Shown: positions 50,967-63,335 of the stretch, one piece after another | Position numbering within the stretch: the stretch's first letter is position 1 | Layout of the letters: each line of letters starts with the position of its first letter | Assembly (NCBI GenBank): GCA_051313645.2 | Contig: JBNRSN020000011.1 | Span: 125,860,001 to 125,924,000, forward strand | Direction of reading: 5' to 3' | From: Centroscyllium fabricii | Lineage: Eukaryota | Length of the DNA: 64,000 bases | Notes under the pieces: model-generated | The model's input: only the letters and a program-made list of their open reading frames with translations | Database searches by the model: none | What the model was told of the DNA's origin: nothing | Program-made: the position numbers and the translations under genes

Positions 50967-53900
50967 CCTGCCACCTGCATATGATGGCAAGTTCAATGTC
51001 AGACCTTATGATGGAGTTGCTGCTGAGTGTCAGCAATCCAATTGTGTTCCCGCTAGGTTTCAGCGGCGGAGTTTGCAGCTGGCGGCATTTGTGTGGGGAA
51101 CGTCTGAAAATTGCTAAGGGCCCTTAAAATGGCATTACAGATGCCAATTAAGGGCCCTTAATGAGCATAACATCCATCTCCGCCAGCCGCCGGCGGGAAA
51201 GATTCGGGGCGGGGAGACAGGGTGGCAGGAAATGGCAAAGCGGTGGGGATCTGGCAGCGGGCGGGGTGGGGTCGGGGGTCGGGACCCCCCGGTTTAGCAA
51301 TTTTGCAGTCTGACCTGCCAAAAACCCCGCCTCACGGTGCCATGAAAATTTACCCCAAAATCTCCCTTAGAGAGTCTTCCTGCTCTCACAGTTTCTCCAA
51401 CAGTGCCACTCCCTTCAGCCTCATCTCCACCACTGACCCTTGTTCTCCTTTTCTTCTCTCTCTGGGACAATAGCGCATCTGTACCTATCTTGCTCTGTTC
51501 TGGCGTCTTTATCTCCCCACTCCTGTCCTGCTGCTCCTTTAAGGCTCCTGCCTCTTGCACCCTCTCCTTGTCATGCCCCCTCCTGCTCCCTGAGATGTCC
51601 AACTCCCTGTCTTTCTTTGGAGTAATTACACTTATCCCGCTCCCGCCTCCTCTCCTCCTACCGACACCAGATTCTTTAGGGAGAGCTGAGCTGTATTATG
51701 GCTCGACTCTGCCCACGACCCATGCTGCCCACTGCTGTCTTTGTCCTTTTCCACCGTACTTGGTGTGTTTTTCACCATCGCCATCCTTTTCTCTGCTCCG
51801 CAACGTTCTGCCTTTTCCTGCACTCTTTTCTCCTTCCATTCACAAGTGTGTCCTTCGCCTGCTCCGCTCCTCCAGCCACTCCACTCACACCTTCTGCTCC
51901 TTCTCCCATCTCCTCATCACTCAAAGGGCTTCCTTCTGCCTCACACTCTCAACGGGTGGGGCCTTTGTGACACACCCCACAGCTCTTTGCCTTGCAGCTC
52001 TGAGCGATGTGTCCAAACTTGCCGCCGTTACAACAGTACAAGTCTGGACAGCTTCTTACAAGATGGTTGTGTCCAAGACAATAATAACAAACCTTCGACT
52101 GGTCATCATGCAGTTCCCAGAAGTACTGCATTGCTTCCATTATCTCGAATTTCATGCTGTATGATACTGATTTCACCCCCTCTGGGAACCGAACCTTTAC
52201 ATAACGGGTTCCATTTGCTGCCCGCGTTCCTGGATACTATCTCCTCCTTATTGCCAAGCTAATTTTAATGTCCCATGACTCCAACTTTTTAATTAACATA
52301 TCGTCCTCGATATAAACCAGCAGGTTTAAGAATGAGACCACTACTTCTTCAGAATATAGCAGAGATACCTCCAAGAGCTTATCTCTAACCTTCAAACTCA
52401 GTAAAAGTCTTTCCATCTCCTCTCAGCCATTGATCATCACCTCAAACCCAACATTCGGCTTTGGTCAGCAGGCAAAGCAGCTTCCCTTGCCACAGTCCTC
52501 ATGTACCACCTGGATAATGTCCCAAGCTCGTATCTCCTTATCCTCGCACTGACCCACCACCGTGTTTTCTTTTCCAAACCTCCTGGGGTCCTGGCCCAAA
52601 TCTTTGGGCCTTTTTTTCACCCTTCTCCCAACATTTTCTCCCCTGATTAAATTCATCCTGGGAACATTGTCCTCTGAGGCAGCATGAGAACTGTCAGTTG
52701 GAGACCATCTTGAGAACTGCATGATACTAAAACTGATCTTTATTCAGGCGTCAGGCCGGCTCGGACAGGTGTACAGAGCGGTTGCTCTGCTGACTTTGCG
52801 CCCGTTTTGTGCACAAGTCGAATTTCTGCCGCAGTGATTCCATTTGAAGTGGAACTTCATTCAGGTCACTAAGAATGAGGTAGAGTGTGGAGAGATCACT
52901 GCTTTTGAATCTGAGCCAGTGAAGCTGGCAATATTTTATTTAAAATGCCAGACGCAACAACACAATAGTTTTTAAAAAATCATGCCATATCAATATTGTC
53001 TGGTCTAAGTTTAAGCTCAACAGAAAACCAATACAGCTTTAAATCACAGAACTGTGCATATTTGGCCATCATGTAAAAGTAATACTGTTTCAGCAAGCTG
53101 GCAAAATACACTGTGTACCTAAGTAACCAGTATCATATGTGCAGAATCACTTGACACAATGTAGTTCACGGAACATCCAAATTCTTGAACCTTCAAGGAT
53201 ATCAGAACAAAAATAGTACACCCTGTCTTCCCTGTCTGGGTAGAGTCTGACCGGTTGGTCATCCTCTCATAGAGTAGACCGGCAGCTTTGTTTGGTTAAT
53301 GCGGGTCCCTGGCTCATGAGAATGTTTAGTCTGGATGACTTCAATGACTCTGACATCCTGTGCATCATGAACATCTGCAGAACTCATTTCTTCTTACAAA
53401 GGCTCCAGAATATTTGTAACCAAAAGAATGTCTTGGTACCACACACAATATGACTCGGTAATGGTTGTTAATTGCTACGACAAAGAATGTAAAAGGAGTT
53501 AAAAGTCAGAGGTGTGGACGCATGTTGTTATTGATGTATTTGTGACTTTCAGAGAAGTTTCATTTCAAATCGGCCCATCAAGAACTGGAGGTAAAATATA
53601 ACCTACTTTTAAGTGAAAAAAATGGCTGCATTGAAATAATTCTCAAAACTGAAAGGGGTTGACTTTTTTTTAGGTTTTTGGGAGCAGTAAATTGTTCTCA
53701 TATTTTCTTTCCTGTCTTCTGCCTCATTCACATACATGCACCAAACATTATTCCCTTGCTTGAGAATGCCAGTGTGCAGCTCCTGCTTTTAAAATAATCA
53801 TAAAAATTTATAGTATAGAAGGAGGCTATTTGGCCCATTGGGCTAATGCCTACTTTTTGCAGGAGCAATCTAAAGCTAATCCCACTGCCCTGCACTCTCC

Positions 53901-54491
53901 CCATAGTCTTGTATAGAACCACTATGATATGAGTGTATTGGAATGTAATGGAATCCTATTCCTCCTATGCCTCACTAGTGAAGTTGGGAATGAAAAAATT
54001 GGAATGTGGATTGATTTGACACAGAATTTCTTGGAAAAGTTAAGATTGTGGGCAGTTGTGGGGCAATGGTTATACTCCTGTCTCTTCAGAAAGGTAGTTG
54101 TGCATTGGGGAAATTTCCTCTATTTTATACCTGTGCAACACAATTTTGGAAGCATTTGTGCACACATTTTATCACTGAATTCTCTTGGTGGTTTTCAGTT
54201 CCATTTATCTATACTGATAGCTAAGATGCCCTTTCCAGGGTGACCTGTAAAGCCTCCCTTAACCAGAGTGCACTGCGAAGGGTTATTTGAAAAAGTGTTT
54301 CTTTGAGAAGGTGAAGAGTGCACTGGTGCCAAGGGTGGGCCTGCCCTGGTGAGATCATTGAACTTCTTGTTGCCCTGGTCTGCAGTCCTGGGGGGTCAAG
54401 AGAGCTGGCTCACAGTGCCAGCATCACAACCCCCCAGGTGGCATGGGTGTGCTTCCTGGCATGTTTGCTGGCACAGAAATCAACAGTATGT

Positions 54492-55311
54492 GGGGGGGGG
54501 GGGGGATTTTCGCAAAGGTGTGGGGAAATGGCGAGTTTTGGGTGGATCAGGTTTCTGACATGAATGTTCAAGGGCCTGGGAGCCCCACGCAATTTTGGCT
54601 CAATTGGCCAATTAATTCCCCGCTTGTCAGAGCCCCTGGTAATTAGCTGTTTCCTGTCAGAAAGCGGCGGAGTTGCAGCTGACAGCCGAGGTTTGACTGA
54701 CAGGTCTAAGGACTGTGTGTTGTTAGTTTCTATGGAAACAGTGCATTGTGACATCGCAATGGAGTGCAACCAATCTCTAAGCAGAAGTGGGTTGAGTGAC
54801 AGGTCTAAGGACTTGCTGGAAAGCTCTCACAGTTAGGGGCTGTCTCTCTGCGAAGCATTTCTATTCAGCTGGTAGGTATGTTTGTGGAAGGTTTTTCCAC
54901 AGATGTTCAGCCAAGGGAGCCACTTGCACCTCCAAGGTCTTGAAGACATTCTGCTACAGGTGCTTCAATGCCTTCAAGGTGAAAGTGACCAAGCCGAATG
55001 TGATCCCGCTAGGTTTCACTGGCGGGCTTTCAGGATGGCGGGTTATGGGTGGGAAGTGCTTTAAAATCGCGGGGGGGCCCTTAAAATGGGATTACCCATG
55101 GCAATTAAGGGCCCCTAACAAGCTCAACGATCAACCCCGCCGGTGGCGGGCGGGAATGATTCGGGTCGGCTAGACACGCCGGCGGAAAACTGCAAAGCGG
55201 CGGGGATCTGGCGGGAGGGGTCGGGACCTCCCCCCCCCCGTTTCGGGATTTTAAGCCCTGCCCCACTGGAAACACGCCCTCACGGCCCTCCGAAAATCCC
55301 CCCCGCCCCCC
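54492..55311. mobile_element. PIF/Harbinger-type MITE, family A divergent copy 4
   Basis: GGGGGGATTTTCG / CGAAAATCCCCCC termini; internal blocks shared with copies 1-3. Confidence 0.78.
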
Positions 55312-56449
55312 TCGTGTCTGTGCTCTGTTTCCTCCAGGATGGCTTGGAGGTCCAAATCTGTAAAGTTCGGGGTTCTACTGTGACTGGTTGCTGTGCCCTA
55401 ATTCCTTATTTGGCTGCTAGCTCCAGCGAGTTATGACATTTCAGAGACATCTATCTGAGTCAAGTAAGTGAGCCGAACACCCTTCCCTCCTTACCTGGTT
55501 GTCCTCCAGTCTACTGCTGAAGTGTTCAGCCCCAACTGTCTTCTTAAAGGATACACTCTAATTTTCATACAGTTCAGCTGATTAAACTGTCCTACATGGG
55601 ATTTACAATAATCACTACACCAATGAGTATACAAATCAGCTGACCCAGGAAACCCTCGTGAAAATACGTCTTCTGACCACCAATGGGTGCAATTTTTTAA
55701 TTTTTTAATTTTTTTAAAATTCATTGATAGGATGTGGGCGTCGCTGGCTGGCTAGGCCTGCATTTAGTGCCCATCCCTAATTGCCCTTGAGAAGATGGTG
55801 GTGAGCCACCTTCTTGAACCGCTGCAGTCCATATGGTATAGGTACACCCACAATGTTGTTAGGAAGGGAGTTCCAGGATTTTGGCCCAGTGACAGTGAAG
55901 GAGCGGCGATACAGGTCCAAGTCTCTTTCCAGTGTAGCAAATGACAGCAAGGAAATTCACCTCCACAATAACAAAATACTGCAGATGCTGGAAATCTGAA
56001 ATAACAACAGAAAATGCTGGAAATACTCAGCAGGCCATCTACTCTCATTCTATTTCCCTTTCCTTCCCCATATTCTTTTTTAAATTATACTTATTCAATT
56101 CAATTTGAAATGATGTTACGGCCTCTTCCCTTTGTTACTGATTCGCCAACAAGTCCAAACAAGCTATTGCTATTTACCCTTTCATTAATACTTTTGAATA
56201 CTTCGATTACATCACCCCCTAACCTTCTTTGTTCCACAGGCAGTGAAGCGGTAAACTGGGAATAAGAGAGACAGCTTAGGTCAGGGGTATGTTTGGAGAC
56301 ACATATCTTGCAAATGATGGAAAGGGTGCCATCAGTACCAGGGGGTGAAGGATGTAATATCTAGTAGGGATTAAAGTTGATTTTGGTTATAAAGGTCAAA
56401 CAAAATGGAACAATAGGGAGAGATTCTTTAACAAAATCAAGAATTGGAG

Positions 56450-57200
56450 AAGAAAGCATCTTGCATTTATATGGCCTCTTTAATATAAATAAATGCTCAC
56501 AAAAAGTGGTAAGGAAAACAGATGAAGATCAGGAAGTTAGAAACTAGAGATAGTTCTTGATGTTTTTAAAGCTGAAGAGAGAAGCGAAGAGGCAGAGAAG
56601 TTTAGATAGGGAGTTCCAAAGAGTAAGACTAACACAGCTGAAAGCTCTGCCACCAATGGTGGGGTGAAATGATGGGGAGATGCACAGAAGGATGGAGTCA
56701 GAGGAACAGAACATATGGAAGAGGATATAAGGCTGAAGGTAATTGCATGGATAGTGTGCAGAAAGGCCAAGAAGAGATTTATTAATAAGAACAAAGATTT
56801 TAAATTTAATGCATTGAGGATGGAGGCGATAGGCAAATATGTCTTAGTGAGGGACAGGATATGCACACCAGAGTGTTGAAGTAGTTGGAGTTTGTGAAGG
56901 ATAGAGGCCAGCAAGACGACCATTGGAGTAGTTGAGTCCGTAGTTAATGAAGGCACATATAAAGGATTCAGTGGGGCTCAGTGGGGGCGGTTGGAGGTGA
57001 TATTGTTGAGCTGAAAATAAATGGTCCTGGTGATGAATAGTTTAAGGTCGAACAGGGCATCAAGATTATGAGTGGTCTGTTTCAGCCTGAGGGGATGGCT
57101 GGGAGGGGAATGGAATTTGTGGGCGAGGCTGAAGGTGATGCCTTCGGTCTTCCCAATGTCATACTGGAAGGAGTTGTCATCCGAGACTTGATGTCAGACA
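56450..57200 (-). mobile_element. Degenerate L2 fragment
   Basis: Similar to the L2 at 40349, with CTTGCATTTATAT tail at 56460. Confidence 0.6.
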
Positions 57201-57358
57201 AAAGTGAGGAAAAGAGTCGGAAATAAGAAGGGGGGAAGCCAAAAAAGGGCGAAACGAGTTTTGGTGAGAAACAAAAGATGAGGACAGGCATCGTGGGTAG
57301 GTGAAGTTAACCAGAGTAGTACATACAGTCAGTGGGTTGTCTACTTGTAATTATATAC

Positions 57359-60300
57359 TGTGGCGGCACGCCCACTGGGACATCGAATCCGACACGGGAA
57401 CTCCGCGGAGCAAAGCCCCGCTCATCCGGGTGACGCGACGACGTCACCACGTCGGCCGACGCGATGACGTCACCAACCGCGGGACTGTTTAAATACGATT
57501 GTTGCGAGTGGTTCACTCTCTTTCTTGTTTTACTTAGTGTAATAAAGCTGTGTTTTCTCTAGCTCTGGCTCACGTGTGGTTCCTAGGCCCTGCCGGCGCT
57601 ACAGTGGTGACCCCGAACTGGAACGACTTCCAGAGAAGAAAAGCTGCCGCAGGATCTGGGACCACCAGCCAAAGAACTTTTTAAATAAGAAAACATGGTA
57701 AACCCAAGGAACCAAGCTCCACGAACGCAGGGAGCTGGCCAGAACGCCTGACGTGGACTAACCCTACCCGAGTTCTGGGAGCAACGGCCAGCGGCCTGGT
57801 TCATGTGCATTGAGACCAGCTGCCGCACACATGGCATTCAGGGGGACGACCGCTACGACCTGGTGTTCTCAGCCCTACCACAGACGACGATCGATCGGAT
57901 GTGGTCAAAAATACAGCGTGTGCCCATCGCAGGCAGGTATGAAGCACTCAAGGCCGCGCTTATAAATTTTTTTACCCCCTCCCAATTTGAGCGCGACTGC
58001 CAGCTCCTCGACCTCCCCAAACTCGGGGACGCAGACCCATCGGACCTCTTAGGTCAGATGCAAGCGCTCACACCCAACCCGGCCTCCCTCTTCCGCACCG
58101 TCTTCCTCCTTAAACTGCCCCGCGCCATCAGACCGGCCTTGGCGGCCCTTGGCCAACGGAGCGATGACGAGCTCGGAGAGGAAGCCGACAGGCTCATGGA
58201 GGCGCAGCGCACCCGCTCAACCACGTGCGACCCTAACTCCGCATCGGTAGAGCGCAGCCAATCACCCCCCAGGCATAACTTTACGCCTGAACCTAGGGCC
58301 CCGCGCCCACCTAGACAACCGCGTCCCTCTAGCACCGGCTGGTGCTACTACCACACGCGGTTCGACCATAAAGTGCACCGCTGCGTCCAGCCATGCGCGT
58401 TCAAGCCACGGCCCAACTCAGCCCCCACCATGTCTGTAGACCACACAGGAGCACTGCTCTTTGCCACAGACAGCGGCACAGGCCTCAGGTTCCTCTGCGA
58501 CACAGGCGCGCAGCACAGCATCGTGCCAGCCTCCCCCGCAGAAACCAAACAAGGCACCCGGGGCCCGGCGGCGGCCAACGGCTCCAATATAAAAACGTAT
58601 GGCACCCGCAAGCTTACAATTACCCTTGCAAGCCACGCGTACACCTGGGATTTTGTAACGGCCCAGGTCACATCGCCCCTCCTCGGGGCAGACTTCCTCT
58701 GCGCCTACGGCCTACTGGTCGACGTAACCCGGCGCCGCTTGGTCAACATAAATACCATGACGACCATCCCATGCTCCACAGGGCCCGCACTCCTGGCCCA
58801 CGCGGCAGCCCAATGCCGCTCCCGGGACTCCGATGCCTACGGCACACTCCTGGCAGAGTTCCCCGCCCTAACCAACCCCACGTTCACCACCCGCCAGGCC
58901 AAACACGGGGTGGAGCATTTTATTACGACCACAGGCCCTCCCGTCCATGCCCACACCCGTAGGCTCGACCCGGCCAAGCAGGAGATCGCGCGCACCGATT
59001 TCCGCACCATGGAGCAACTCGGTATAATCCGCCGCTCCAGCAGCCCCTCGTCCTCTCCGCTCCACATAGCCCCCAAGCCCGACGGAGGTTGGCACCCCTG
59101 CGGCGACTACCGCCGCCTTAACAACGCCACCACCCCGGATAGGTACCCCGTACCCCACATCCAGGATTTTTCCGCCAGATTAGCGGGCTGTACGATCTTT
59201 TCCAAGATCGACCTGGTGCGTGGCTACCACCAGGTGCCCGTACACCCGGCGGACATTCCCAAAACGGCCGTTATTACCCCGTTCGGGCTCTTCGAGTTCC
59301 TAAGGATGCCCTTCGGCCTTAAAAACGCGGCCCAGGCCTTCCAGCGCCTTATGGACTCAGTCCTCCGGGACTTGAAGTTCATTTTCGTCTATTTAGACGA
59401 CATCCTCGTGGCCAGCACCTCCCCCCAGGAACACCTCCTGCACCTCAGGACCCTGTTCCAGTGCCTTACCGAACACGGCCTTATCTTAAGCCCCACCAAG
59501 TGCAAGTTCGGCCTCGAGACTATTGACTTCCTCAGCCACCGCATTTCCCAAACAGGGGCCATACCCCTGCCCTCCAAGGTGCAGGCGGTACAGGAATTTC
59601 CCCGCCCGCACTCCATTAAAGGGTTGCAGGAATTTTTAGGCATGGTTAATTTTTATAACCGCTTTATCCCGGGAGCAGCCGCTCTCATGGCCCCCATATA
59701 CCAGGCCACCCGCGGGCAGTCCAACAAGACGGCGGTCGAGTGGACGGCCGACACCGCCACCGCCTTCACCGCAACTAAAACCGCCCTGGCAAACGCCACC
59801 CTCCTGGCCCACCCTAGGCCCAACGCCAGAGTAGCCCTCACCACCGACGCCTCCGACCATGCGGTCGGGGCCGTATTTGAGCAGTGGACCGGCAACTCGT
59901 GGCAGCCCCTGGCCTTTTTCAGCCGGCAACTCCGGCCCCCAGAGGTTAAATACAGCGCCTTCGATAGGGAGCTACTCGCTCTCCATCTGGCAGTGCGACA
60001 CTTTTGTTTCCTCTTGGAGGGCCGCCACTTCACAGCCTTCAGCGACCATAAGCCACTCACGTTTGCGATGGCTAAGGTCGCCGAACCCTGGTCGGCCAGG
60101 CAGCAGCGCCAACTCGCGGCCGTGTCGGAATTTACAACCGACATCCAGCACATTTCCGGCCGCGACAACGTGGTCGCTGACTGTCTCTCACGCCCCACCA
60201 TTAACGCCGCCCAAATGGCGGTCGATTACGCCCAGCTGGCCGCGAACCAGCTGGCCGACCCCAACCTGCTCAACGCAGCAGCTAATCTCCCCGGCCTCCA

Positions 60301-61798
60301 CTTGGCCAATATCGCGCACGGCCCCGCTGCCACCGTCGTCTGCTGCGACGTATCCCTGCCGCAGCCCAGGCCAGTCGTACCCCACGCTTGGAGGCGACAC
60401 ATATTTAGGACCCTCCATGACCTGTCCCACCCCGGCGCCCGCGCGTCCATCAAATTAATCTCGGCCCGATTCGTATGGCGCGGCCTGCGCAAGGACGTCC
60501 GCGCCTGGGCCAGCTCCTGCATAGCCTGCCAGCGCTCCAAAGTGCATAAGCACATTAGGGCACCGCTGGAAACTTTTAAAGTGCCGGCCAGACGCTTTGA
60601 CCACGTTCATATCGATCTCGTCGGGCCACTACCGCCATCTCGGGGCCACACGCACCTAATGACCATGGTCGACCGCAACACTCGCTGGCCAGAAGCAGTC
60701 CCCCTCACCGCCACCGGCACCACGGACTTGGCCAGGGCGTTCATCGCCACCTGGGTCGCCCGCTTCGGCGTGCCCACAGACATCACCTCCGACAGAGGAC
60801 CCCAGTTTACGTCGGCATTATGGGCGGCCATCGCCCGCGACCTTGGGGTGACACTACACCGAACCACCGCATACCACCCACAGGCAAACGGCCTATGCGA
60901 ACGGTTCCACCGCTCCATGAAGGCATCACTACGAGCCACACTAAAAGACGCATCGTGGACCGACCGCCTTCCATGGGTTCTCCTCGGGCTGCGTCGGCAG
61001 TCAAAGAAGACCTAAATGCCTCGGCAGCGGAGCTCGTCTACGGCCAAACTTTAACGGTGCCGGGCGAGTTCCTGGCTGAGCCCAACGCTCCCTGGTCAGC
61101 CGACCAGTATTTAAAAGACTTCGCCAACCCGGCACGAGCTTTCCAGCCACTATCAGTGACCCGGCACGGAGAGCCGGCAGCTCAGGTGTCAGACAACATT
61201 AAAAACGCGAAATTCGTGTTCGTCCGGCGCGACGGACACCGATCTCCACTACAGCCACCATACGATGGCCCCTACAGAGTGCTTCGGGCGGGAGCTAAAG
61301 CTTTTGAATTACAAATGGGCAACAGGACTGACACTGTGACAATAGACCAGCTCAAGCCGGCACACGTTATAGCGGGTGAGACTACGGTCCCCGCACAACC
61401 ACCACAACGCGGTCGCCCTCCCGCAACAAAACCCGCCCACACTCCACCGCAGAACCAGGAGCAACAGACAACACGGTCCGGCCGCATCATCCGGCCACCC
61501 CAACGGCACGCATAGACACTGTCACTATTCCTCCCGGACGGATTCTGGGGGGAGCTGTGTGGCAGCACGCCCACTGGGACATCGAATCCGCCACGGGAAC
61601 TCCGCGGAGCAAAGCCCCGCTCATCCGGGTGACGCGACGACGTCACCACGTCGGCCGACGCGATGACGTCACCAACCGCGGGACTGTTTAAATACGATTG
61701 TTGCGACTGGTTCACTCTCTTGTTTTACTTAGTGTAATAAGGCTGTGTTTTCTCTAGCTCTGGCTCACGTGTGGTTCCTAGGCCCTGCCGGCGCTACA
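57359..61798 (+). mobile_element. Full-length young Ty3/Gypsy LTR retrotransposon, CsRn1/Kabuki clade
   Basis: LTRs 57359-57603 and 61558-61798 (4 substitutions and one 4-bp indel by eye); TSD ATAC; PBS TGGTGACCCCGA (tRNA-Trp type); PPT GGGGGGAG; Gag Cx2Hx9Cx3C. Confidence 0.95.
57695..61515 (+). pseudogene. Single-frame gag-pol (PR-RT-RH-IN) with one early stop and one late frameshift; 1070-aa open stretch at 57803-61015
   Basis: LPEFW..PAAWF gag start; CDTGA; YLDD; TDASD; HPG..C..C; SDRGPQF; GPY module after the frameshift at ~60994; TGA at 57749. Confidence 0.92.
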
Positions 61799-62730
61799 AT
61801 ACACATAAATCACTTGTTTGTTTACTATGATTGATTATACTCATATTCTTTAATAAAGTAATTAAAGTTGCTGAAACTAGACTCTCAAACCTATTAATTA
61901 ATAAGATTGGTACAGGCTAAATCTTACAAGGACAAGATAAATGAAGGTGAAAATGGACAAAATTGAGGTGCAAGGAAATGCCTCAAATGTGGCCAAAGTC
62001 CAGTTTAAAATGAGAAGGGGAAGCAGTGGATGTACCAGGCAGAGTTTGGGGTATTTCAGAGGCCATAACAAGATTAGAAATTTTAGGTTATATGCTTTTA
62101 TATTGTCCATGATGTCAATGGAGAGAAGAAGCAGCCAAAAACGGGCGATAATCATTGGAACGTGATAGAGGACAGCGCATTGTATGGATTATTAGTGGCA
62201 TCAGTACTTGGTAAAGACTCCTACCCAGTTTCAACTGTTAATGCAGCGACCCTCGGATTTTTCCTTGCTACCAATGAATTTGGGCCCCATACTATTTGAT
62301 GGCTGCACCATAGAATGTTTTTAACCAAGGCACCTCCGGTAGGAGCAGCCCACTTGACACTTTGATCAATGTTGGAGTAGAGAGGGACGGCGAAGGGAGC
62401 AAATTACCATAAAGGTATTCACAAATGGGAAGTGTTATGGAAGCCCTGATAATTACCACACTGGTAATAGTATAAGCAAAGTTGAGGCTCACTGTAATTG
62501 ACAACCCTTACCTTAATCACAGTTACAATCATCAGTTGTAACTTAAATCTCCAGTCGTTCTCCTACCTCAATGCAGATTAAAAAATATGGCACTCAATTA
62601 TCTAATTTTACAATGCTCATCAAATACTTTCATTACCTTTGTGAGGGTGTATTCTTTGTGAGGAGTGTGATTATAAATGCAAGTTGTTTTCGTGCTATAC
62701 AGGTGTAGGAACAGGTAATTGCTCAACCTG

Positions 62731-62746
62731 TACACCAGATGGTGCT
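62731..62746 (+). promoter_or_regulatory. Candidate CTCF site
   Basis: TACACCAGATGGTGCT resembles CCACCAGATGGCGC. Confidence 0.3.
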
Positions 62747-63155
62747 GTTTTAGGAATATATATTTAAACTAGCAGTCAGCTGCTTCAGCATGGCAATTCA
62801 CCTTGCTGCAGTAATTTCCTCTTTGAAGCTCACCACCCACTCATTTGTGTTCTTGAATACACAGCTCTTACATCATGGCTCAGTGCTCACAGATATTGCC
62901 AACCTCTCTCTATCCTTTCAAAATTGTCATCAGCCCCCTTTTAAAAAGCAGATCAAGCTACCATTTCCAGCTTGACTTTTTCTCCAAAGTCCTAAACTCC
63001 CTTCACAACCCTTACCTTTTCCTCTTTGAATGATCCATTCAAGCGCTGTATTATCTCTTCCCTGTTGCTCACTTTGTAAGTCTTCCCGATTTGTATTGCA
63101 ATTTGCTCTTAGCACTAAGATTGTTTTAATCAAAGTGACTAACAATATCCTATGT

Positions 63156-63335
63156 AAGAAGTCACACAACACCAGGTTATAGTCCAACAGTTTTATTTGA
63201 AATCACAAGCTTTCGGAGCGCTGCTCCTTCATCAGCGCTCCGAAAGCTTGTGATTTCAAATAAAACTGTTGGACTATAACCTGGTGTTGTGTGACTTCTT
63301 GCATTTGTCCCCCCCAGTCCAACACCGGCACCTCC
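63156..63335. mobile_element. Penelope-derived inverted insertion with hammerhead core, inside a decayed L2
   Basis: Perfect 68-bp arms (63156-63223 / 63233-63300); 14-bp TSD ACAATATCCTATGT; minus-strand CTGATGA-AGGAGCAGCGCTCC-GAAA-GCTT. Confidence 0.85.

Larger units (their letters stand above)
45016..51356 (+). mobile_element. Non-autonomous Harbinger derivative (~1.6 kb excluding the nested LTR element) carrying a Myb/SANT-like exon
   Basis: Left end is homologous to the MITE at 54492; right end is homologous to family-A ends. 45305-45526 encodes RSASRFDDVALQ..EVLFPSSGRKK..AVWIQVAEEGNS..RRTCIQCRKRFHDL. Confidence 0.72.

Noticed and set aside
51403-52262. 253-aa and 173-aa ORFs
   Set aside because: Pyrimidine-rich low-complexity sequence, non-ATG starts, no recognisable motifs.
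57749-57751. Programmed stop read-through in gag
   Set aside because: The stop lies 18 codons into gag, not at a gag-pol boundary; CpG decay is simpler.
58054-61715. Many antisense and alternate-frame ORFs; possible env
   Set aside because: Expected in GC-rich coding DNA; there is no room for env between integrase and the PPT.
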